DNA of 18,657 bases from Armatimonadota bacterium (GCA_037445735.1 JBBIJY010000036.1:1-18657); one strand, 5' to 3'; shown: positions 7,562-16,305, counted from the first letter of the stretch. Numbers and translations: made by a program. The notes: generated by a model from the sequence alone, not told the origin.

Positions 7562-9736
7562 TTACCTCACGATTGTTTGCAGAAACGCAAGGCGACTCCC
7601 TTCAGAAATAACAATCATCGTGCGACCGTTAATGCGCTCGGTAGCCCATGCTCCCTCCGCTTCAAGCCCGAAAAAGCGTTCCAGAGCAGGTCTAACAAGG
7701 TTATAGGCAATTTCACGATGATTTTGAATGGTTGAATTAATATCACTAATAAACTGTTGTAATTTTCCAACCAGCCAACCCCAGGCAATAGGCCCACCGC
7801 GTTGGAGTTGCGCGATGAAGTCAGGATCAGTACGCAAGCGTTCTAATGCTGCTTCCTGCACATGTGTGAGATAGTCCAGCTCGGCATGCACTGGGGTTTG
7901 CAGATCGACGCCGTCGGCGTCGTCGGCAGGCGAGTAAGCGAGAGAAACATCGCGGTAGAAAGCATTTCGGAGCTGGCTGGCATAGGTGGGCACTGCGGCG
8001 CGATTATAGTGCGGATCGGCGGGTTGGTAGCGCGCCTCGAAAGAGAGGATGCGCAACGGTAGCGGATAGGGCTTCCCTCCAGCGCTTGACCAGAAAATGC
8101 AATGTCCGGGAATTGGCTCGTTAAGCAGGGTAGCCAGTAAATCGCTGCTGAAATGGGCATTGGCGCGCTGCACCGCTTTCAGGTCGCTTTCCGAAAGCAG
8201 ATGGAAGACAAACCAGACATCGCCCTGGCTCAGCAGTTCGGGCGGGATACTTCCGGGTTGCTGGGTAATCATCACGGCGCCCAGGTCATATTTGCGCCCC
8301 TCCTTGACCCAGGTGACGAAGGGCGCGTGGGCGGTGCTGCGCTCTTCACTCAATACGCTCTGCGCCTCTTCCAGCACAGCGATCACAGGGATGGTCATAG
8401 CGTCGCGCTGAGTGAATTCTTCCTGGTTGCGCTCAAAGAGGTATTGCAGGATAAGCGCTGCCAGGATGCGTGCCGCTTCACCGGCAAGGCGGGAAAGGTC
8501 TATCACGCAGATTTTGCCCTCCTTGAGCGACCGCTCCACCATGTCCAGCAGACGGCTGTTGGGGTTGTGCAGCAGGCGCACGATGGTGAAAAGGTTGCTG
8601 CGGGCGGCGTTCGCTTCCACCTGGCTCAGGCTACCCTCCTCGCTGCTCATGCCCAGCAGATCGCTAACCTGCTGCAACGGCGCGTTCATGCCGTTCTGGT
8701 AGATGCAGTCCACCAGCGCCTTCCAGCGGTCAGCAGGTAGCCCCCTGAGCTTGCGCACATTCTGCTGATCCTGCTTTTCAGGTGAGAGCGCGATGCTCAC
8801 CACCATCCCGGCGGGCAGTCGGCGAATATCCAGTTTGGTGTCCCCCGCCACAAATGAGCCATAGTAAGCCGACGGAGGCGTCCGATCGGTGAACACCACC
8901 AGCTGATCCTGAAGGTGGGGCACATCGCATAGACCAGGGCGCCCCTTGTCATCTGGCCAGAAATATTCGCCGTCACGGTCGAAAATAAGGGTTCCAACCG
9001 ATTCCATTCGTCCACCCCGTTTCTGAATCAGGGGGGTGGTACGATACAGCTCCGAGAAGAGCAATTTAACGAGGTTCGATTTACCGAAGCCCGATTGAGC
9101 AAACACGAAGGTGCGCCGTGCAACCAAGTTGTTCACGGGAAACCGCACCAGCATTGTGGGCTGGAGCAGACGCATCCAGGGCTGGACCTGCAAGTCGGGA
9201 TGATGCTGATGATCGTCCTGGAGCGCCCAGATGAACTCGCCCATAGCCAGGAAGCCGAGCGCAGCGCCTGCGGAATCGCTATCGCCGTGTCCCACGATGG
9301 AGCGCAATACACTGGGGGTGGGCAGAGCCACAGGGCTGCCTACATGGGGCAACCGTCGATGGGAGGGCACAAAGATGAATGATCCCTGCCCCTCTTGCCG
9401 CAGCACACCCAGCACCCGAATATTGACCCGAAACTTGAGATATTGATCCCGCATATCCTCTGGGATGTGGCGTCGCTCGATCACCTGCCGCAACAGGTAG
9501 TCCTCCCCTTCCGTGTCGACCAGCCGTCCCTCCGAACGCAGCGAGGTGATCCGACCCAGCACCGCCTCATTATGGTCCGTCAGCTGAATCAGCAGGAACT
9601 GACCATGCATCGGCTGAATATGATAATCGGGTCGATAAGGCAGGATAAGGTCGGCGTGGAACTCCAGACCACCTTCGCTGAAACCCCGAAAGATACCCAC
9701 AATGCGATCTTCACGAATTAACGCCTCATCGCCCAT
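7562..9736 (-). CDS. HerA/FtsK-superfamily ATPase (DUF87/HerA-like DNA translocase)
   Basis: N-terminal HAS-barrel-like beta region; Walker A variant FVFAQSGFGKSN; IFDRDGEY; Walker B IAVLEEAQ; KEGRKYDLG (Arg finger); ITQQP; SD AGGAGG; overlaps the nurA stop by 11 nt. Confidence 0.9.
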   Translation of the reverse strand: MGDEALIREDRIVGIFRGFSEGGLEFHADLILPYRPDYHIQPMHGQFLLIQLTDHNEAVLGRITSLRSEGRLVDTEGEDYLLRQVIERRHIPEDMRDQYLKFRVNIRVLGVLRQEGQGSFIFVPSHRRLPHVGSPVALPTPSVLRSIVGHGDSDSAGAALGFLAMGEFIWALQDDHQHHPDLQVQPWMRLLQPTMLVRFPVNNLVARRTFVFAQSGFGKSNLVKLLFSELYRTTPLIQKRGGRMESVGTLIFDRDGEYFWPDDKGRPGLCDVPHLQDQLVVFTDRTPPSAYYGSFVAGDTKLDIRRLPAGMVVSIALSPEKQDQQNVRKLRGLPADRWKALVDCIYQNGMNAPLQQVSDLLGMSSEEGSLSQVEANAARSNLFTIVRLLHNPNSRLLDMVERSLKEGKICVIDLSRLAGEAARILAALILQYLFERNQEEFTQRDAMTIPVIAVLEEAQSVLSEERSTAHAPFVTWVKEGRKYDLGAVMITQQPGSIPPELLSQGDVWFVFHLLSESDLKAVQRANAHFSSDLLATLLNEPIPGHCIFWSSAGGKPYPLPLRILSFEARYQPADPHYNRAAVPTYASQLRNAFYRDVSLAYSPADDADGVDLQTPVHAELDYLTHVQEAALERLRTDPDFIAQLQRGGPIAWGWLVGKLQQFISDINSTIQNHREIAYNLVRPALERFFGLEAEGAWATERINGRTMIVISEGSRLAFLQTIVR

Positions 9737-10877
9737 AATCTATCTTCCTCCTGCGAGCGCCCAGCATTCGAAAAGCTTCGAGGGCTGCCACCTCTTCTCG
9801 ATCCATCACGGCGCAGATAGCACGCAGCACGCACTGTTGCAGCATGTCGCCTTCCAGCCCCGACAGGTTCGCCTGTTCATGCGCTTTCTGGAGGCAAAGA
9901 GGGTAGTAAGGCTGGGGAAAGCCAACCTGCGCATCAGCCAGCAGATAACTGAACACTTCATCGACCTCGTTGCGCTGCAGATGATAATACCACACATCCA
10001 CGGGGTAGATGGGGTCATAGCGCCGGGGACCGAACTTTGCCAGGTAGAGGGCACCAACCACACGGTAGCGGGTGTCCTCAAAGGTTTCGCCTTCTGGCGA
10101 GCGTCCGTACTGCGTCCAGCGATAGACCTGCTGCTCCATCGCTGGTGGGATTCGCACATAGCGGGCGCCTTGCTGCACCAGCACACCCTCAATCACCAGC
10201 GCAAGATGATATCGATCCAGCACTTTGCTGCGCTTGGCAACACCGACCACAAAGATGCGCCGCCGCTCCTGACGCTCATGCCGCTCCACCGCCTCCCGAA
10301 TCCGATCCCACATGCAAGCAAAAAGGTCGCCGTCAAAGATGAGGCTGCGCAAAAACCCGTCACGCACCAGTAGCGTATCCGTTGCAAATTGATTTCGCGT
10401 GATATATTTGTATAAAACTGCCCATTCTGCCAGGTCACGATAGACCTGCCACCAGCGTGGACGGGCTGCTGCTGGTTCATGGGAACCATCTGGACAGGGG
10501 ATGAAACGGCTCAGCTCCCACAGGTGGCGCACACCCAGGTCCTGCATCAGTATCCCCAGAGGGGTCTGCTGCTCGAACTGCCATTCGTCCAGCTGGCGAA
10601 TATCCATATAGGGCGAAAGCACATCCAGAAAGTGGGGTTTACCATATGAATCAACCACGCGTACAGGCACCAGCAGATAGGGATCAAACTGGATTACATT
10701 TTCGCCTGCGTCGGTTGCCATGAGGGAGATAGCCGTTGTGGTGCGGGGATGAATAGGGCGCACGCTGTCACGCAGGGATCGCACCTGCTGGCGAAGAGCG
10801 TCCAGGCGTGAACGGTCTGCCTCTGCCAGCCGACGAATTGCCTGCGCCAGCACCTGTTGCTGTTCTGCATCCAGCAT
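9726..10877 (-). CDS. NurA-family nuclease (RNase H-like fold)
   Basis: NurA-type motifs MATDAGEN, LLVRDGFLRS, VVGVAKRSK, GFPQPYYPLCLQKAHEQANL; directly upstream of and coupled to the HerA-like ATPase. Confidence 0.82.
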   Translation of the reverse strand: MLDAEQQQVLAQAIRRLAEADRSRLDALRQQVRSLRDSVRPIHPRTTTAISLMATDAGENVIQFDPYLLVPVRVVDSYGKPHFLDVLSPYMDIRQLDEWQFEQQTPLGILMQDLGVRHLWELSRFIPCPDGSHEPAAARPRWWQVYRDLAEWAVLYKYITRNQFATDTLLVRDGFLRSLIFDGDLFACMWDRIREAVERHERQERRRIFVVGVAKRSKVLDRYHLALVIEGVLVQQGARYVRIPPAMEQQVYRWTQYGRSPEGETFEDTRYRVVGALYLAKFGPRRYDPIYPVDVWYYHLQRNEVDEVFSYLLADAQVGFPQPYYPLCLQKAHEQANLSGLEGDMLQQCVLRAICAVMDREEVAALEAFRMLGARRRKIDYGR

Positions 10878-10894
10878 CGAACCGCCCCATCACA

Positions 10895-10937
10895 ATTATA
10901 CCATATGTTTTCAGTCGCCGGGCTGGCACTCTGAAAA
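10895..10937 (-). promoter_or_regulatory. Extended -10 promoter of nurA-herA with an inverted repeat upstream
   Basis: Minus strand TGgTATAAT (10903-10895); inverted repeat TTTTCAG (10908-10914) / CTGAAAA (10931-10937) spans the -35 region. Confidence 0.65.
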
Positions 10938-10956
10938 TGCTCAGCATGGACCAGCC

Positions 10957-12051
10957 CTATACGCCAGCATTCGCTACCGATTCGCGGACCACAAGCTCCA
11001 GAGGCAGTCGTTCCTGAAACGGTTCGGGCGGTTGACCGCGGATGAGCTGGAGCATTTTGCGCACGGCGCGGACACCCATCTCCTCCAGCGGCTGGCGGAA
11101 GGTGGTCAGCGGTGGCACGGTGAAGGCGGCGGAGGGTGGGTCATCAAAGCCCAGCACCGACAGCTGTTGCGGCACTGCCACGCCCGATCCATGCGCCGTC
11201 TGCAAAGCCGCCAGCGCCAGATAATAACCGCCTGCAAAAACGGCGGTGGGTCCATTCGGCAGGCGAATCAGTGTGCTGAGTCCCTCGCGCACGGCGTCGT
11301 CGAACTCGTCGGCGTAGGGCGTGATGAAGGTCCAGATGTGCTCTTTGGGGATGCCCGCCTCTTGCAGGGCGTCGCGGAAGCCGCGCCAGCGATCGCGCGA
11401 ATTGAAAGTTTCCAGCGCGGCGAACAGCCCCACAAAGCGTTGATGCCCGTGCTTGAGCAGGTAGCTCACACCGTCCCGCGCTGCGGCGTAGTTATCGGTG
11501 TCCACAAAAGGCAGTGTCCAGTTGTCCGCGCTGGCGCCCACAACCACCACGGGCACGCCCCGCGCGTAGAGCTGCTCCAGCCACGCGATATGCTCGGCGG
11601 TGGGCGCAATCGCGAGAATGCCCACCAGCTCCGCAGAGCGCAGCTCGCGCTCCACCTGATCGAACTGATAATCGTGCCATATCGTGCGGATGCCCGACGC
11701 CGCCAGCTCGGTGTGGATGCTGCGGTGCAGCGCGCCGAAATAGAAATCGGCGGTCTGGCGCGTCGCCGTGCCGATGCCCAGCACCAGCAGGGTGGTGGCA
11801 GCTTGCAGCAGATGCAGGGGCAGCTCACGGGCAACGATGGTGCCCACACGCCGCTTGCGAATCAGCACGCCCTCCCGCGCCAGCCACTGCAACGCCCGAC
11901 TCACCGTCAACGGGCTAACTTTGAGCTGGGCTGCCAGATCGCGCTCTGGCGGCAACACATCGCCCGGGCTCCAGCGCCCACACGCAATCTGGCGCTCCAC
12001 CCACTGCTTCACCTGCACATAACGCGGCAGCTCCTCGTTCAGTTTCAACAC
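10957..12051 (-). CDS. GntR-family wHTH / LacI-type sugar-binding domain hybrid transcriptional regulator (AraR-like architecture)
   Basis: N-terminal PRYVQVK...GDVLPPERDLAAQLKVSPLTVSRAL..L..EG (GntR); C-terminal VDTDNY, GHQR, RWRGFRDAL, VPQQLSVLGFDD, PPLTTFRQP, LVVRES (LacI); GTG start with GGAGAGG SD. Confidence 0.93.
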   Translation of the reverse strand: MLKLNEELPRYVQVKQWVERQIACGRWSPGDVLPPERDLAAQLKVSPLTVSRALQWLAREGVLIRKRRVGTIVARELPLHLLQAATTLLVLGIGTATRQTADFYFGALHRSIHTELAASGIRTIWHDYQFDQVERELRSAELVGILAIAPTAEHIAWLEQLYARGVPVVVVGASADNWTLPFVDTDNYAAARDGVSYLLKHGHQRFVGLFAALETFNSRDRWRGFRDALQEAGIPKEHIWTFITPYADEFDDAVREGLSTLIRLPNGPTAVFAGGYYLALAALQTAHGSGVAVPQQLSVLGFDDPPSAAFTVPPLTTFRQPLEEMGVRAVRKMLQLIRGQPPEPFQERLPLELVVRESVANAGV

Positions 12052-12064
12052 CGCCGTCCTCTCC

Positions 12065-12104
12065 GTTATACCCGTCCGTAAAACAGGGTTATGAGGTTAT
12101 TATA
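12065..12104 (-). promoter_or_regulatory. Promoter and candidate autoregulatory operator of the regulator
   Basis: Minus-strand TATAAT at 12104-12099, then ATAACCCTGTTTTACGGACGGGTATAAC (imperfect ACCC...GGGT dyad) before the SD. Confidence 0.5.
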
Positions 12105-12287
12105 CTCGCTCTGACGCCCTCCTCTTTACAGAGCCGATTCTGCCGCCCGATGGCGGGGAAATGCCCCCGAATCTTGAAAATGGCTGTCCGCTTTTTGACC
12201 CTTTTTGAGTCATTAAAGGGTGGATGCTCCCACCAGCAGAGACGCCATAGAAGGGGTTGTCCAGAAAACTATCAGGAGGTATGTGCT

Positions 12288-12965
12288 ATGAGACGATACG
12301 CGGTTCTCGGAATCGCCCTGGTGGCGATTGTGGCAAACGCTCTGGCGTCAGGCTGGACGGTGAGCGTGTCAAGAAGTGAGGGTCAGCTGTTTCCAGGCGG
12401 TGGGATCACGCAGGTGCCCTATACCGTCGACGGTCTGGGTCCCTTCACGGGTCCCACCACGGTGACCATCAATGTGCTGCCCAAAGTGACCTTCTTGACC
12501 GCAGCCAGCTCCCCGCCAATGATTGTGGGTGACGGCACCACTTTCCGCAACGGCACCTTCACCGCCGTCTACACCATCAACACCAATAAGACCCCGTTGA
12601 CCGGGTTCAACTTCGTGGTCTTCGGCTTCGTGCAGGACTTCGGTCAGATTTTCTGGAGCAAGAAGGTTGTCGATCTCAACACAAGCGCAGTGCTGTTCGC
12701 GGGCACATGGGTGTTCAGCGGGGATGGCTATCCCGGCGGTGCGGACGGAGCCTTCCAGAAAACGGGCTTCTTCCCGCTGTCCACGCCATCCAGCAACATC
12801 CTGGTGATCGAGACCTTCTTCATGCACATCGACGGGGCGCAGGCGCCGGGACCTTCCACCGTGACATTAGGGCTGGTCGAGCAGGACTGGGTGCCTGAGC
12901 CTGCCAGCCTGCTGGCGCTGGGCGTCGGTCTGGGCGGTCTGCTGTTGCGCCGCCGCATGAAATAG
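12288..12965 (+). CDS. PEP-CTERM sorting-domain surface protein
   Basis: SD AGGAGGT (12274-12280); signal peptide MRRYAVLGIALVAIVANALA; C-terminal VPEPASLLALGVGLGGLLLRRRMK. Confidence 0.93.
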   Translation: MRRYAVLGIALVAIVANALASGWTVSVSRSEGQLFPGGGITQVPYTVDGLGPFTGPTTVTINVLPKVTFLTAASSPPMIVGDGTTFRNGTFTAVYTINTNKTPLTGFNFVVFGFVQDFGQIFWSKKVVDLNTSAVLFAGTWVFSGDGYPGGADGAFQKTGFFPLSTPSSNILVIETFFMHIDGAQAPGPSTVTLGLVEQDWVPEPASLLALGVGLGGLLLRRRMK

Positions 12966-13036
12966 CTCTTTTCCCTCTGAACGGTATGGTTGAACCATAT
13001 CTGTGGGCGACGCGGAAAGCAAACAAAACGCTGATT

Positions 13037-13059
13037 GAGGGGCGCAGGGTGCGCCCCTC
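13037..13059. terminator. GC-rich hairpin between convergent PEP-CTERM and comEC genes (terminator or REP-like)
   Basis: Perfect 10-bp stem GAGGGGCGCA-GGG-TGCGCCCCTC directly abutting the comEC stop codon. Confidence 0.6.
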
Positions 13060-14634
13060 TTACCATGTTTGAGCCTCCTCAACGGCTGGCTCCCTCGCCA
13101 GGATCAGCACCGCTCCATAAAACGCTGTCACCAGCCACCACGGCAGCGATTCGATGCGCAGCGCGGGCACCCATTCTGCGCCGAAGAGCATCGCCACCAC
13201 CTTCAGCCACGCGCACACGGCTTGTAGCGGCAATGCGCCGATGCCCCCTGAAGCCCAGAAGAATCCACCCAGCGTCAGCATCAGATAGGCAGCAGGGGCA
13301 GCGAGCAGATTCGCAACGGGCGACAGCAACGGCAGATAGCCGAAATGATAGAGCTGAATCAGCCCGATACCCACCTGCGCACAGAGCGTGAGGGCAAGTG
13401 CGGGCACAATCAGCCGCTCGCCCGCGATTCGCACCCAGCGTGCGCGAACAAACAGCATCCAGCCATGCGCCAGCAACCGCTCCACCCGACGATAGAAGAG
13501 CAGAATGAACAGCACCGCCGTAAACGAGTATTGAAATCCCACCTCGAACAGCGCGCAGGGCGCGTAGAGCAGCCAGCAAGCGGCTGCCCAGCCCAGCGCG
13601 TTCAAGCCATCGGGTTCGCGGCGCAGGATGGGCGCCAGCAGATAGAGGCTCGCCATCGTCGCCGCGCGCACAATCGGCGGGTTCAGCCCTGCTAACAGCG
13701 CGTAGCCCCACGCCGCCACAATCAGCAACCCGCTCCGCCAGCGAAAAGACGCTCGCAGAGCTATCAGCACGACCAACAGCATCTGCAACAGCATCGCCAC
13801 ATGCAACCCTGAAGTGGAGAGCAGATGCCCGATCCCACTGCGCATAAACGCCTCCCGCAGCGGGCGCGGGAAATCGCTCGCCGCACCCACCAGCATGCCC
13901 TCCGCGATTGCCGCATCGTCTGCAGGGAGACGCGAACGCAGCAGGCTCCGCAGGGCGTAACGCCGCTCCAGAAACCACCGCTGCCAGCTCGCCCGACTGG
14001 AACGCACCACCCGAAACTGCGAATCGCCGTAGACCGTGGCGATGTAAAAGATTCGCCGCCGCTGCAGGTAGCGCACCCAGTCAAACGGGATATTGGGCGG
14101 GTTGCGTGGCATTCGCCAGCTCACCCGCGCGATAAACTCGTCCCCAAAATCGGGCGGATGGGCGACCGTGTGCCGGAAATAGAGCAGCGCGTAGCCCTTC
14201 TCTGAGCCGTCCACAAACGCGCAGAGCAGCCTGCCACCTGTGCGTGTCGGCTCATAGCTGCCAATCGCTCTTAATCGCACCTCCACAGGCAATCGAGAAG
14301 GGTTCACGGGCGCGACACGGCTCCAGCCATCATAGCGCCATCCGCCCAGAACCGCAGCCATAACAAAAAGCGTCCAGCGCGGTCGGATAAGAATCAGCAA
14401 CACGGCTCCTGACAGGCAGGCGATTGCCGGAAAAGCGAGTGCATTATGGAGCCATTCCCGATAGGCGATGCCCACGGACAGCCCCAGCGCCGCCTGCAAG
14501 CCGACACGCGCTCGCCATACCGGCGCCAGTTGAAAATCAGTGCCTATTCGCGACAGATGAAGCACAGTCGCGCCGATTCGGTGTGCCACTCGCCGCATCG
14601 CTCGCACCGACGCCAGCCCATCGCCAGTCGCCAC
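13060..14634 (-). CDS. comEC: ComEC/Rec2-family competence membrane channel (OB-like + Competence domains, no C-terminal beta-lactamase-like domain); start uncertain
   Basis: PRNPPNIPFDWVRYL, AFMRSGIGHLLSTSGLHV, GLNPPIVRAATM, FEVGFQYSF, YHFG, SPVANLLAAP; many TM segments. Alternative in-frame starts at 14598, 14565 and 14499. Confidence 0.88.
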   Translation of the reverse strand: MATGDGLASVRAMRRVAHRIGATVLHLSRIGTDFQLAPVWRARVGLQAALGLSVGIAYREWLHNALAFPAIACLSGAVLLILIRPRWTLFVMAAVLGGWRYDGWSRVAPVNPSRLPVEVRLRAIGSYEPTRTGGRLLCAFVDGSEKGYALLYFRHTVAHPPDFGDEFIARVSWRMPRNPPNIPFDWVRYLQRRRIFYIATVYGDSQFRVVRSSRASWQRWFLERRYALRSLLRSRLPADDAAIAEGMLVGAASDFPRPLREAFMRSGIGHLLSTSGLHVAMLLQMLLVVLIALRASFRWRSGLLIVAAWGYALLAGLNPPIVRAATMASLYLLAPILRREPDGLNALGWAAACWLLYAPCALFEVGFQYSFTAVLFILLFYRRVERLLAHGWMLFVRARWVRIAGERLIVPALALTLCAQVGIGLIQLYHFGYLPLLSPVANLLAAPAAYLMLTLGGFFWASGGIGALPLQAVCAWLKVVAMLFGAEWVPALRIESLPWWLVTAFYGAVLILAREPAVEEAQTW

Positions 14635-15131
14635 TTCTCGTAGCGCAAAGATGCCGCGCGTGCCCGATAGATTGCCGCGCGCAGGGACGGCTCCTCTATC
14701 ACAGCCACACTGCGCTCTAACGCTGCCCGCTCTTCAGGGGTGAGCTCGATATGCTCTGGGGAAATCTCACTCATGGAACCCTCACCCTCCAGCCCCCCTC
14801 TCCCCGATCCTGGAGAGAGGGGGACAAAATCGGGTAGTGGATTGCGCACCACGAACCGAATCTCCCTGAAGGCATCGATACCGCATTCGGCATTAAGCCG
14901 CTCCAGCAGGGTTTCCTTCTGGAACTGCAGTTCCTGCGCCCAGGCGCTGCTTTTGACCGCGACCCAGAGCGTGCCGCCCTCCATGCGCAGCGGTCGCGCC
15001 GCCTGCGCAACGGCTTCACCCGCTATCTGCGACCATGACAGCAGCGCACGGCGCACCCGAAACTCGCGCTCGATGCCCAGCTGCTGCAACACGCTCCAGA
15101 GCCATCTGCCCACAGGCTCAAAGCCGCTCAC
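14544..15131 (-). CDS. dciA: DUF721/DciA-family protein (replicative helicase loading factor) with C-terminal Cys4 zinc ribbon
   Basis: WSQIAGEAVAQAARP..MEGGTLWVAVKSSAWAQELQFQKETLLERLN...IRF; CERC...CFIC; typical position after recF; GTG 15131 preceded by GGAGGG. Confidence 0.88.
   Translation of the reverse strand: MSGFEPVGRWLWSVLQQLGIEREFRVRRALLSWSQIAGEAVAQAARPLRMEGGTLWVAVKSSAWAQELQFQKETLLERLNAECGIDAFREIRFVVRNPLPDFVPLSPGSGRGGLEGEGSMSEISPEHIELTPEERAALERSVAVIEEPSLRAAIYRARAASLRYEKWRLAMGWRRCERCGEWHTESARLCFICRE
14779..14823 (-). repeat. REP-like palindromic element embedded in-frame in dciA
   Basis: Minus strand CCCCCTCTCTCC-AGGATC-GGGGAGAGGGGG-GCTGGAGGGTGAGGG, translated as PLSPGSGRGGLEGEG; same architecture as 2146-2210. 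Confidence 0.65.
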
Positions 15132-16251
15132 GATAAACCCTCCCATTCTCGATGCGGAACAACACCGCCTCTTTCAGCCCTATCTCGTCCAGCGCGCCCA
15201 GATCGGTGCAGGTGAGAAAGGTCTGCACGCGCGGCTGAAGGAACTGCACCAGCCGCATGCGCCGCTCCGGGTCCAGATCCGAAAACACATCATCCAGCAA
15301 GACGATGGGGCTTTCTTCGAGCCGGCTCTCCAGCAAAGGCACTTCAGCAAGGCGCAAACTGAGCGCACAGGTGCGCTGCTGACCCTGCGAGGCGAACAGG
15401 CGCGCGTCATGCCCGTCGATGAGCATCAGAAAATCGTCGCGATGGGGTCCCACCAGCGTCATCCCGCGCCGAATCTCCTCCGATTCAACCTCCTGAAGGG
15501 ACACCTGCAGAGCATACGCCCAATCCTGCTCGCTGAAGCCGGTCCCATACCCGTTTGCAGGCGGCAAGCCGGGCTGATAGAGGAGCTGGAAGACCTCTTT
15601 GCCGCCTGTGAGCGTGGTGTGAACGGGCGTGATGAATGTTTGCAGTTGCTCAAGGAAGCGGCGGCGCTCGTCCATCAGGCGCGCGCCATATTTGATGAGC
15701 TGCTGGCTCCATTCAGGCAGGCTCTCCAGCGTGGCGTGCCCCTCCAGATGCATGCGCAGTAGCGTGTTGCGCTGTTCCAGACAGCGACGATACTGCGCCA
15801 GCGAATAGAGATAGCGATGGCTGATGAGGCTCAGCTCGCTGTCCAGAAAGCGGCGGCGCTCCGCAGGCTCGCCTCGAATCAGCAGCAAATCCTGCGCGGT
15901 GAAACAGACCATCTTCAATCGCCCGATCAGCTCGCTCTGGCGCGACACAGGCTGCTCGTTCAGCAACACCGTGCGTTTGCCCGACAGGGGAGTGCGGATC
16001 ACCAGCTCATCTTCGATCTCATGCCGCAAAAAGCGTACCGAAAGAAAGGCTTCCGATTCGCCCCAGCGTACCAGATCGCTTTCCCGAACGGGACGCAACG
16101 GGCGAAAGGTGCTGGCATAGTAAAGGGCTTCCAGCAAATTGGTCTTGCCCTGCGCGTTGGCGCCCACCAGCACATTCAGCCCCGCACCCGGCTCAATCTG
16201 CGCCTGTTCATAGTTCCGAAAGTTTCTTATACGCAGCTGACGCACCCGCAT
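15118..16251 (-). CDS. recF: DNA replication and repair protein RecF
   Basis: MRVRQLRIRNFRNY, Walker A GANAQGKTN, GEPAERRRFLD, GPHRDD, ASQGQQR, LLDDVFSDLD; the ORF extends to a GTG at 16263. Confidence 0.97.
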   Translation of the reverse strand: MRVRQLRIRNFRNYEQAQIEPGAGLNVLVGANAQGKTNLLEALYYASTFRPLRPVRESDLVRWGESEAFLSVRFLRHEIEDELVIRTPLSGKRTVLLNEQPVSRQSELIGRLKMVCFTAQDLLLIRGEPAERRRFLDSELSLISHRYLYSLAQYRRCLEQRNTLLRMHLEGHATLESLPEWSQQLIKYGARLMDERRRFLEQLQTFITPVHTTLTGGKEVFQLLYQPGLPPANGYGTGFSEQDWAYALQVSLQEVESEEIRRGMTLVGPHRDDFLMLIDGHDARLFASQGQQRTCALSLRLAEVPLLESRLEESPIVLLDDVFSDLDPERRMRLVQFLQPRVQTFLTCTDLGALDEIGLKEAVLFRIENGRVYRERL

Positions 16252-16305
16252 CGGTATGCCCACTCTATGGTTCGGCTTTCACAGGAGCCTTCCTGTCAGG
16301 AGAAG

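Noticed and set aside
11032-12081. 349-aa plus-strand ORF
   Set aside because: Antisense shadow of the clearly recognisable GntR/LacI regulator; no motifs; expected in GC-rich DNA.
12150-12287. 46-aa N-terminal extension of the PEP-CTERM ORF
   Set aside because: A strong SD and a signal peptide point to ATG 12288.
13079-13978. 299-aa alternative-frame ORF inside comEC (possible frameshift)
   Set aside because: The comEC frame is intact through all motifs; the alternative frame is low-complexity Arg/Ala/Gly.
14740-15762. 340-aa plus-strand ORF
   Set aside because: Antisense to recF and dciA; no recognisable domain.
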